DNA of 53,186 bases, taken from assembly GCA_000934665.2 (NCBI GenBank), contig JYFJ02002656.1, positions 1 through 53,186 on the forward strand, read 5' to 3'. Positions 39,466-49,940 of the stretch are shown piece after piece (position 1 is the first letter of the stretch; each line of letters opens with the position of its first letter). The translations under genes were made by a program, and so were the position numbers. A model generated the notes under the pieces. The model was not told the origin of the DNA. It saw nothing but the letters and a program-made list of their open reading frames with translations, and searched no databases. The stretch is from Catajapyx aquilonaris. Its lineage: Eukaryota.

Positions 39466-42400
39466 TCACAGGAAGTGAAGCTGGTTCGCCAGGAGCTCTG
39501 ACGGCTGCTTCCGTATGCTCTGGCCCACCAGGTATGCCAACTTGTGTGCGTACTGTAAAGACGGAAAGACAGTTGAGTACATAGTTTCAATGTTCAACGA
39601 AAATACGTGCGCTTCGTAAGAGTTCACCAGCATCACACTTGTACAACCAAAAATACCTAATGTTATTCAAATATGCACTTGACGACATCATTGTGTGCCA
39701 CTGTTAGAAAAATCAAGACCGACGGAAGTATCTGCTCAGAATGAATTTATCGTCAACCCGGAAAATGAGCTGTATTTGGACGCAGGCATTTGTCCGCTCA
39801 AATGACCGTCAGGCGCAATTTACATCATCATCGCAGACACTAAGACATGTGAGTACAAGTTACGAGTGGCTTTCGAGCCCCTGCAGCGGTAAGAACATTA
39901 AAATTTTCGCACCCAATATTAAACCCTGCAACTTGTTTGTTTCATATTTTTTACGTAGCGCGTCACAGCAACACAATTAGAAGGTTACGGCGCACACCTT
40001 ACTTTTGAAATGAGAAAATACTGAATATGAATGTCGTCTGTTCCATACAATAAATACGGGGAATAAGGGTTGGGCAAAATCCCTTTGGAAAGTTTTACAA
40101 CTTTCTTCATATTGCATGTACCGTAAATGGCAATACTTGAACTTGTACCCGTCCTTCTAAAGTGAAACCGGGATGTACAGTATATTCATCATCGTATGTC
40201 TCACCTGACACGGAGCAGGCACACGTACTGTGCCTGGCCAGTTGTAGTACATGTGTGTCATCTTGTACGCAAGTCGCTGGTGATGGTCAGGCAGCATCTG
40301 ATGTGTGTCGAACAGGACGACGTAGTGAGTTGGTGACACTGTTCCCTGCAAAAAAAAACACACACACACAAATATTAATAATAGTATGACCATAACAAGC
40401 AGCTGTGAACGGTACCCACCTCACGTACGTGCTGCGACACAAGGAAGAAGTCATAATACTTCTTGCTCGTGATGGTGTTGTCCATCACGGTTCCAGGTGG
40501 AGGATTGTCAAAATCCTTGCCCTATTGACAAACACATGTATCAACAAATTGCTTAGGAAGAGAAGCACCAAACTGTTGACAAAAATGGGTGGAAATTATT
40601 TGTGTCTTCACTGGATATTTGAGAAAACGTGCTTCGTTGCAATGAAACATTTTCCTTAGATTCATACAACTGGCCGCTAACGAAAGTATCTGCTCAGAGT
40701 GAAATTATCTTCAACCTGGCAAGTGAGCTTTTTGGACGCAGGCATTTGTCCACTCAAAATGCAGTCAGGCGCAATTTACATCATCATTGCAAGTTCAAGT
40801 TTGGTGTCTGTTAAATACTCCAGGAATAAACATACCTGCTTCAAGTACAGCCTCGTGTTGATACGCTTCTGCACCACCACGAAGGAGAACTTCGGATGGT
40901 GGTCTCCACAAACCAACTTGATCGACGCATGAAGCTGCTGTATCTCATGAGCCACAAGTACGTCAAATTGCCCCTCGCTGACCCCGTCCCGGTAAACAAT
41001 AATACGGTCGGGATAACACGAGTTCACCTAACAAAAGACACGATGGCATCAAATACGACGGAGAAAACGATTGCATTATAAGTATAGCTTCAACAATTTC
41101 ATGCACATTTTTATCCCAACTTTATACAACTGAACGCTTTGTTTATCCGCATAATACATGTTATTTGAAGTTGGTTACGACACATGCAGGATACATTGTC
41201 TGAGTGTAAGTCCCTAAAAATAAGGAAACATACCTCGTGATATTTACGCAGTGCTTGCATCATACACCGCTTCAAAGCATCAATGATCTCATGCCCAGGC
41301 TCCTGGAACGCCACGGTTGAGAACCACTGGGTGAGCGTGTTGTTCACCGCGGCCACAAATCCCATCACGCTCTTCTTGTTCTTCGCAATACCCTCATGGT
41401 AGACATCAATGCCGATCACCAGAGCGTTTTTCTGTCACAACGAGAATATTCATTAAAACACAACTTAATTAAAATCGAATCGCATTGCAGCAATGAAGGA
41501 GTCTTACAACAGGCATATCCACGGCCCACAGAGCGCCTCCCAGCTTGCAGTTAATCTGCAACGCAATCTTTTGCGTCACGGCCCTCAGCTTCCGTTCTTG
41601 ACTCAAGGTCCGAGACACAATGACCTGCGATGGAACAGGCTTGTCCGCACCGCACAACTTCTTAATGGCAGAGTAGAGATCGTCTCTGGACGTTGGCATG
41701 ATTATGGTGGCAAACTGCAAGTTTTCGTTGATGCAATCGGACAAGCTGCGGATAAATTCCCCCACTTGGGGACGCTGGGACAGCATCACATCCCTAGGAG
41801 GGGCTATCCTGATTCCCATCTGCTTCGATACCTAAAAATAATAAAAAACCATTTAAGATTCGGCGCAGACAACTTCTAAGAAAAGTCCACCTCAATTTCC
41901 GAAGTACATTGCATTACTAGATATAAAAACTCACCTGCAGAATAGTGGCTGTGAAGTCTTTGGCCTGGCGCTGGTTTGTACCGCTGTAAATCAGCACCCA
42001 ATTGCGCAACTCAACCTACAGAACGAAACCAAACCTCAGGTTAATATAACGCTTAAACTGCCGCAATCCTTGCAGATTATATTGAGACACTGAATAAACG
42101 AGAGGAAGGTAAACAGGGCAATAACTTAGTAATTTGGAATAATTTTAAAAATTAATGTAATTTGGCAACCAAAAAACGCATTCTCAATCTGTAGCTTCCA
42201 CCTGCCGTAAGAGATGAAAACATCCCCCCGGATGATCAGGCGTTGAGCCTAATTACTGTGCGCCCAGGCCCTGTGCAATCAGTCCATATCTTAATGATCC
42301 AAAAGGCTGTGCACCTCGAAACCTCGGCAAAACATTACTCAAAAACGAAACACAGAACAAGATGTAAACCCCCAAAAAAGAGAATGGTTGGGATGCAAAA

Positions 42401-44631
42401 TAAATTGTAACTGACTGGCTGCAAGATGTGGCCTCGGACAAGCATGTTCCCCCAGTCTGCATTGTGGTTCCTGATGTCATTTCCCCTTCCGACGATGATC
42501 CTCTCCGAAGGCAGGATACGAGCTTCCAGAGCTACAGTAGCATTGTCCAAGCTGAGCCCCCAGTTGGCCAGGACATCCTTCGCCTCCTGGCAGTCTGTTA
42601 AAACGCAACAAAACGGTTAAGTAAAAAGCACTCGCCAGCTAAGAACAGGTTTTACCCTCAACGTTCTTCAGAAACTTTTGCAGCGCAATTTGTCTCTGCA
42701 AGGGCGTCAGCTTGGTATGCTTATTAATATCTTTCATCAAATTATAGTTGGATCTTTGGTCATCTGTCAGCCCACTCATGTAACAGAGCTCCGGCACGAG
42801 GCAGACGAGCTGCGTGGTCATCTCCTTCCCACGCTCCTTCTTCTTCAGGTTGTTCATGAGCATGGGCTGAGTCTTGTGTCGGATATCCAGGTTGTACGCA
42901 CTTTTGTAGTAGTCCACATACGACATCTAGGAAGATAGGCTGTTGTTAATAATTTTTCCCAAACAAAACTTCATTCTACAGTAAACCGAAGAACTCACCT
43001 TCGTGCCGTCACTCCGCTCGAAAGTATCGGTCGGGTTCGAGTCCCAGTCGATATCATCTACTCGGTACATTTTGTTGTTGTACCGAGTGAGTACGTGAGC
43101 ACCGATCATCGCTTTCACAATCTCGTCCTTAAAGCTTCCTCTATGGTGTTGCATAATTTCACTCCTGCATAGCACATTACATACATTAACAACGACTCGT
43201 CACATCCCGACAGCAATGAACCAATGACAATGTTCATAGCATCAATTGAACCATGCCAGAAGCATCGCTAACTTACATGACATCATGCACAGTCTGCGTG
43301 CGCAGTACTTTATGCGACACATCGCAGCACAGCATCAGCCCACCCTCGTATTCGTGGACAGCTGTGACGTAACCTGGCCACACTTCCAGTCTTTAAAGAG
43401 AATCAAAATTATCCGATGAGCATCATAGTCGAAATCTACTGTAACGCAAACGTAAAATACTGACTTGTGTTGCGGAATCTGCGACCCATTCGCTGGATTG
43501 TAGTAGTTCCTCATTCCGACTTTGACCAGGTTCAACTTGGACATAATCTTGTTCATGAGCACGTTGTAAAAATGGATTCCGTATTCACTGTTCTTGTGCT
43601 TCAGAGTCAGCCTCAGTTGTACTGCGACCTGGTCTACAGGGTGGGTCGATGTTAAGTACGTGACCTTCTCAGGCAACTCGTACGGCAGGTAGAGTTTGGC
43701 ACCATCGAAATTCCGGGTCGGTCCCAGAAACTCTGATTGTTCTCTCAACAACAAGAAGCGCATGTTCTTCGAATCCACAACAGGATCGAAGGTCACCTCG
43801 TACTCATACATCCCCTTTCCTTCAGCAACTTTGAGATATATGTAGTTGGCCGTTGCATTCACTCTGTAAGCATACGGGTTAAGGTCACAAGATCAATGGA
43901 AGGGTAACGCAGTGCAACTCACTTTTGTCCGGAAGTCCCTCTGCGATTTGCAGGAGGCGGATGCGGCTTTTCCAGCGACATTCTGGACAAATCTTCCGTG
44001 ATGCTTCCGGATGATGTAGGTTGGCGTGTACTGTCGAGAAAGCCGTACATTACAGCATCCCATAATATTTTGATGATCGGTTAGGACTCACCTCCCGCTT
44101 ACTACTGACGCTGCGGCTACCACGCCTGCGATAACTGCTTTCCCGCGGCCACTGGGACCTGAAGAAATCATGCTTCCTGAGATCTTAGATGACGTAGACC
44201 CAGGTGGCGCCACGAATCCTCCGACGGCTCCTCCGACATCACCTCGAGGACCTCGAACAGGTTCGGACGACCCTGCCTGAATCAGAGCCTGCAGCAAGGC
44301 AGCCCTTCCAGCCGGCCTGGCAGGTGAAGCTCTAGGCGGTTCCACTGCCACCGCAGGCTGTGATGGTGTCGGCACCTTGAATCGAGATCATTAATAATTT
44401 CGGTTCAATAAGCGTGGCAAAAATGGGAAAGATGCTGACAACATCTGCCACATAAAATTTTATCTTCAGTCGTAATGTCCTGACATTTTTGACTTTACAG
44501 ACTGGAAAAGGAATGACGTTGATACATACATGGCTTTGGTCAGCCTGTGCTGGTCCCGGCCTTCTTGCCCTCTCCTCCTGCTCCTTCAAGGCTTGCAGCA
44601 AGGCAGCTCCTCGGCCGCCACGACCAGCCAT
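39466..44631 (-). CDS. AGO3: PIWI-clade Argonaute, most like Ago3; coding exons 44631-44530, 44375-44092, 44030-43923, 43863-43465, 43390-43277, 43164-42999, 42926-42656, 42594-42416, 42015-41935, 41831-41508, 41431-41234, 41027-40836, 40521-40420, 40345-40205, 39552-39466
   Basis: N-term [13 protein letters not shown] (Ago3/PIWIL2-type), PAZ ([24 protein letters not shown]), MID ([13 protein letters not shown]), PIWI with intact D-E-D-H (GIDVYH, EIID, YRDGV, YAHK). PIWI clade certain; Ago3 vs Aub/Piwi likely. Confidence 0.88.
39733..39835 (-). ncRNA. SNORD16: Box C/D snoRNA U16 homologue, copy 1 (last Ago3 intron)
   Basis: TGCG-ATGATGA(C)-TGTAAATTGCGC-CTGA(D')...GGACAAATGCCTGCGTCC...GGTTGACGA(C')...CTGA(D)-GCA; terminal stem; colinear with recalled human U16. 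Confidence 0.85.
39845..40002 (-). ncRNA. Candidate H/ACA snoRNA
   Basis: Hairpin 1 (GGTGTGCGCCGTAAC...GTTGCTGTGACGCGCT), H box AAACAA, hairpin 2 (ACAAGTTGC...GTAACTTGT), ACA+3 nt; directly upstream of U16 copy 1. Confidence 0.5.
40691..40791 (-). ncRNA. SNORD16: Box C/D snoRNA U16 homologue, copy 2
   Basis: TGCAATGATGATGTAAATTGCGCCTGA...TGCCTGC...GGTTGAAGA...CTGAGCA inside intron 40522-40835. Confidence 0.85.
42187..42316 (-). ncRNA. Candidate H/ACA snoRNA in Ago3 intron 42016-42415
   Basis: Hairpin GTGCACAGCC...GGCCTGGGCGC, H box ACAGTA, hairpin GGCTCAACGCCTG...CAGGTGGAAGCT, ACA+3 nt; ~130 nt, GC-rich island in AT-rich intron. Confidence 0.6.
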
Positions 44632-45449
44632 CTCTCGCTCCAACTATTCTCTACAAATGCAATAAAGATAAATCAGCATTCTTGGGCCAGTCTAATCAGC
44701 AAATGCCACGAAACACGTTACAAGGTTTTTGTTTTGTTTACCAGCCTGGTTTTGTAATTGAGGTCAGAGTAAAGATAAGTTCATACCAGCAAAAACTCAG
44801 ATAATACAAGACTATAGGCCAGGCCATTTAGACCCAATTTTCTTGGGGCTTAGGCCAATTTTAATAATACAAGTTGAAGCATGATTTCAATGTGCACGAA
44901 TTGGTGCAAAAAATAATTCCATATCAACTGTTTTACAACGTTTCATTATATGCGGATGTTAAGGTGGTTGGGTAGTGAATCAAATCAGAGCCTGTAAAAT
45001 ACATTCCACAAGTTGAACTGGAAATTCGGAACAAGGGCTCCCTACATACACGCCTACTTATAATGTCGGAAACTGCACTGATTTTTAGGTATACACTGCA
45101 AAATATATATGGTTCAGGGAGCTGCCAGCCGGCTTGCCAACCTTGATTAGCTTGTGGCCGTTATGTTTGACATCATCTAAAAAGGCCTTAGTATGGCCTT
45201 TGCATCACGAAATGGACACTAAATTGAACGTACGAACCGAATACAACAAATATGTCCAAGGCCAAAGTCATACTTTAACAATATTCGACATTATTAGCAT
45301 CGCTTTGCGGCACGTCTTTGTGCCTAGGCTGGTAGTGAGGTCCGGCAACAGCGCAACCCCTTACAAAATGGCGGCCCCCGTCCTAAGCCGGACAGGTCAT
45401 TTTACAAAGCAAAGTCTCCCTGCAAGAGCAAGGAAGGCGACCAAGGCGA

Positions 45450-45650
45450 GGTGGGACCCAGGAAACGTTGCCCAAAAACCTCGTCATCCCTTTCTGATGG
45501 CAACAAGTGCGTCATGGAGGGTTTCCGGATTATTAACATTCGGGGTGTTGTCAGTGACGGCATATGGTGTAGATTGTGCGAACGAAGCCTGTGTTTTCAT
45601 GACATAGAGAGGGACAACTCACGGGGTCTGGCTGCGATTTGGACAGTTCG
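45450..45650 (+). mobile_element. Transposase fragment (Mutator-like/Kolobok-type zinc-finger region)
   Basis: MEGFRIINI...CRLC...L...E.D.SRGLAAIWTVR resembles the recalled EG.RIV...CxxC...GLAS motif; truncated. Confidence 0.45.
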
Positions 45651-45875
45651 CTGGACAGTTCCTGGACTTGCAGGAAGTGCACACTTCAAGAACACACGTG
45701 GAACGTGGGCCAAGGGATGCGATATTGATACAGCACCCCTTCCACCGGCGGGGCGTTGCTGCTTCGTACATCCTGCTACCGCACTACGTCCAGTTAATTG
45801 ATAATTACTGCTGAACGGAGCCGGTAACATTGCGATTTTCTGCGACTAATTAACTCTACACAGCTCAAGCTTTCA

Positions 45876-46032
45876 AGGCCCATTCACACAGGCCGTCGAT
45901 GGTTTTGGACCAATCAGCGGGGGCCCTCACGGTAATCATGACGCGTTATTTACGTGAGGGCCCATTCTGATTGGTCCGCGGCGTCGACGAGACCAAAAAC
46001 CAAAACCGTCGACGGCCTGTGTGAATGGGCCT
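45876..46032. mobile_element. Harbinger-like MITE
   Basis: TIRs AGGCCCATTCACACAGGCCGTCGA / TCGACGGCCTGTGTGAATGGGCCT; TSD TCA. Confidence 0.85.
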
Positions 46033-46423
46033 TCAAGAGAATAGTATTTTGTACACATGTTAGGATTTTAAAGTAAGATTTTTGGCCTTTCTTTGCTGTT
46101 TCTTGCCATTTTCCCATTAGGCCAATGATAAAATTAGCTATCTTTAGGTGTCGGTGGTTCAATAAATTGAACGGTAAGTACCCTTTTTCACGGGTTTATT
46201 TTTAAAGAGCACACTTTTTTTCTGTAAATCGTGCAACTTTCATGAACTTCTTAGGATGGGGCCATGACTACCTAACCACCTTAGAGGCCAGTTTCAAAAT
46301 TACCTCTGAAAACAACAAAATACAATTAAAAACGTAAGCACATCATTGCGAGTCCAAACATGCTTCAGCTTTTATACTATTTTTATTTTTATTTATTTTT
46401 ATTTTCAGACTAAGATACCATTA

Positions 46424-46574
46424 AGGCCATTTCACAAAAAAAAAAAAAAAATCGCGCGGCAAACGGCGCGCGTTGCGGCATATTTATTATTTATATTTAT
46501 TATTACCAATAATTAATAATAATTGGCGGGGCACGCGTTTGCCGCTGCCACATAATCTTTTTGTGTTTTGGCCT
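46424..46574. mobile_element. Harbinger-like MITE, older copy of the 19538 family
   Basis: AGGCCATTTCACAAAA...CGCGCGGCAAACGGCGCG left arm, decayed right arm, TSD TTA. Confidence 0.8.
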
Positions 46575-46658
46575 TTATGCTCTATTTATTATTGACTACT
46601 CATTTGTTACTATTGCATCATTAATTTAATATTACTACTTTAAAATAGTTTATAATAA

Positions 46659-46911
46659 GGGCGACACGGTGGCCGAGTGGTTACCGCCGCAGTCTTCCAC
46701 CTCTAAGGTCCCGAGTTCGATCCCCGGGTCGGACGGAGGATGCTTAAGTGGATAGAGTTTCGATGGGTTCTCTCTGTGTTCGCGTGGGTTTTCTCGGGGT
46801 TCTCCCGTTTCCTCCCACAATAAAAATCCATCACATTACAGGCAAATGATTAAAGTCGGTTATTCAAAAGATGATCCCCTAAGAGGCCCAAGGGGCCTAT
46901 CACGGGGTATC

Positions 46912-46969
<58 letters not shown>
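46659..46969 (+). mobile_element. tRNA-derived SINE with V-domain-like core and (ATT)n tail
   Basis: A box TGGCCGAGTGG, B box GAGTTCGATCC, core GCGTGGGTTTTCTCGGGGTTCTCCCGTTTCCTCCCACA, long ATT tail. Confidence 0.85.
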
Positions 46970-46971
<2 letters not shown>

Positions 46972-47589
46972 TTTATTTATTAATTAAAAGTGTGGCGTAG
47001 CAGCAGCACTGAGCTGCCATTATTTGAAGCAGCCCAGTCGCTTACCGCCTACCTGAACAGTTTCCTTTCCCTGGTTGTTTCCACACACTGATCAGCTTCA
47101 GCAGCAAAAAATCAAGCATGTGAGAATACCAGGAGTCATTGAAATGCTAAGAAAAAATCAGCACAATTACTCATTGCAGGTCGTTATCATTATAAAATGT
47201 GCATAACGTTCTTTAAAAATGCTCAGCATTACTTTTAAAAAAAACTGCAGTTTCAATTGCACATGGCCACTTATTATGACCAACAATCACTGGAAGAAAA
47301 TGATTCTTTCCCTTCCCAAAAATAATTAGTTCCATGCTTTTTGGACCCTGCCACACTAGGCCTAGCCCCCTCCTTCTTGTGGTCCTTCCCCTATCCATCC
47401 CTACGTGTTTCTCCCTGGCCCCATGGGCAGCCCAACCAACCTGCCAAAATGCGTCTCTGTGCCTGCGTCTCTCTCATCACCACCAGAGAGGACCCAGGGG
47501 TATCAAGGCAAGGGTAAAGAGAGTCACACCACAGCATGGAACAAAAGGAAAATGGAATAAAAATGGCCTCTGGATTTTGGGCGTCAAAA

Positions 47590-47770
47590 AATAGTGACGT
47601 CACACTTCCGCCGCCCCAAGGAATGTGGTGACGTCACAAACACAAATCTCACAACGCAGCTGTTACACACAAAAAAATAACAGGTTGGTGCAAATAATCA
47701 GCTTTTGATTGTTTTAAAGGTAAGCTGCTATCGATAACGGATTTGTGGCGCATGCGCAATGGGAGCGGGA
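47590..47770. promoter_or_regulatory. Promoter-like motif cluster
   Basis: Two GTGACGTCAC CRE palindromes, CACTTCCG ETS-like site, DRE TATCGATA and NRF1/EWG-type GCGCATGCGC within 180 bp. Confidence 0.55.
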
Positions 47771-47819
47771 AAAAAGTTGTTGGAAATAATGAGGAAATTG
47801 GTGGGATTTTTTTTTTTTT

Positions 47820-48950
47820 TACGTTGGAAATATGAGGGGGGAAAATATTTACCTTAATTGCATTTAGGTTGGAAATGTCAAGAATTTTTTTTTTTCTGCA
47901 CAGTTTGGTTGGAAATATGATTAATTGTGCAAATTTTAGATTGGAAATTAGACGTAATTAAGGTTTGAAAATGTGAGGACGAATTAACTTAATTGCATTT
48001 ATGTTGAAAATGTCAGGATTTTTTTTTTGCAGAGTTTGGTTGGAAATTTGAGGAAATATTAATTTTGCAAATTGAGATTGGAAATTGGAAGTAATTTGGG
48101 TTGAAAATGTGAGGAAAAATTACCACCTTTAATTGCATTTGTTGAAAATGTCAAGAATAATGTTTTTCGCACCGTTTGGTTGGAAATAAGCGGAAATATT
48201 AATTTTGCAAATTGAGATTGGAAATTGGAAGTAATTTGGGTTGAAAATGTGAGGAAAAATTACCACCTTTAATTGCATTTAAGTTGAAAATGTCAAGAAT
48301 AATGGTTTTCCAAAGTGTGGTTGGAAATTTGAGGAAATATTAATTTTGCAAATTGAGATTGGAAATTGGGAAGTAATTAGGGTTGAAAATGTGAGGAAAA
48401 ATTAGGTAATTATTTTTTCCTCACATTTTCAACCCAAATTACTTCCCAATTTCCAATCTCAATTAGCAAAGTTTTCCTGACATTTGTTGAAAATGTCAAG
48501 AATAATGTTTTTCGCAAAGTTTGGTTGGAAATATGAGGAAATGAAGACTGGTTGGAAATATGAGGAAATATTAACTTTGCAAATTGAGATTGGAAATTGG
48601 GAAGTAATTTGGGTTGAAAATTGAGAGGAAAAATTACCATCTTAATTGCATTTAAGTTGAAAATGTCAAGAATAATGTTTTTCGCACAGTTTGGTTGGAA
48701 ATATGAGGAAATTATTAATTTTGCATATTTAGATTGGAAATTATTTAAGTAATTAGGGTTGAAAATGTGAGGAAAAATTCGTCTTTTTACGCACTTTTGT
48801 TGGGAATTAGATGTCATTAGAGCTGGAAATGCAAGAAGCAAAATTCATTTTTTGCCCAGTTTAGTTGGAAATATGAGGAAATTATATTTGGAAATGTGAT
48901 GGAAAAATTTAAGTTTTTCACATTTAAAAGTTGGAAAAGTTGATTAAATT
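47820..48950. repeat. Satellite, ~140-bp unit built of TTG(G/A)AAAT-headed subunits, with a short inverted segment (~48410-48480)
   Basis: TTTGGTTGGAAAT...TTTTGCAAATTGAGATTGGAAATTGG recurs at ~48035, 48175, 48316, 48550, 48690. Confidence 0.9.
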
Positions 48951-49211
48951 GGGGTTGGACATAGGTATAATTTCCGCACATTTAGGTTTCTATAATACGA
49001 GAAAATATCACTGTTGACGCTTGAATGAACAATTGAGAGGCAATTAAATATTCGATATGGCAAAGAATGGTGTGATACCTAGACAAATTGTTTCATGGTA
49101 AATACCTTCCGAATGACAACCAGAGTGTTAAGTGTATTGATTCACTTTTTATTACAATACAGGATAATTCTTTTTAGTGACATAACCACAATTTCTGAAC
49201 CCTGCTTTTTT

Positions 49212-49660
49212 TTACTTGGCGGCCTTGCCCTTCCCTCCCTTTCCGGATGAGGGTGCTGCTGCGGTTGTGGCTGCAGCTGCAGGCTTGGCGGACGCGACCT
49301 TCTTGGGGCCTGGAGGCTTCTTGTGCTTGGCCGCCTTGCTCTGGGCCTTCAGGACCTTCACCACAATCTTCTGCTCCTCAATCAGGAAAGCACGGAGGAT
49401 CCTAAAGAAAGGGGGTTTTCCCATAATCACAACACGGACAATTTATGGTGAAGTCGACTTACTTCTCCCTGACACACTAGTGGCAGAGGACACCGCCATA
49501 GGGCCGCTTGACGGTCTTCAGGCGGAGGCTCAACCTGGACTTCTCAAAGTTGCGGGCTGGCCTGATGCCCTTCAGCTTGGTCTTGCACTGGCCGCATTTG
49601 GGCACACGCTTCAGCTTCTTCTGGTGGGCATATCAGGTGGCCACCAGGGGCCTTGAGGCG
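49212..49660 (-). pseudogene. RpL34: Ribosomal protein L34 unprocessed pseudogene
   Basis: KAPGGHLI / KKLKRVPKCGQCKTKLKGIRPAR...KTVKRPYGGVLCH*CVREK|ILRAFLIEEQKIVVKVLK; in-frame TAG, frameshift near 49628, intron 49402-49462 retained, 5' exon absent. Confidence 0.85.
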
Positions 49661-49940
49661 ACAAAGAGTCCGTCTCGATGGACGAGATTCCTCGCTCAAG
49701 AGGGCTCACGCCTGAGAAACTTTTACGTTGATACCAGTCTTAACATTATGTATGAAAAATAAATTATTAATTTTGTCACATAAATAATTCTCAAAACCGC
49801 GACACTTGTGCTCAAATATGTCAGTTGAGGCTGAGATCTATTTTTTTTTTTAATTATTTTCAAAGCACACAAACAATTCAAAACAATAAATGAGGCACTT
49901 CCACACTTTGTCTTGTGGCACACACAAACTCGATGCATCT

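Noticed and set aside
44680..44800. Possible C/D snoRNA in Ago3 5' UTR intron
   Set aside because: CTGA present but no convincing C box or guide.
46659..46735. tRNA gene
   Set aside because: No clean cloverleaf or terminator; continues into SINE body and ATT tail.
48410..48841. 143-aa ORF
   Set aside because: Satellite translation.
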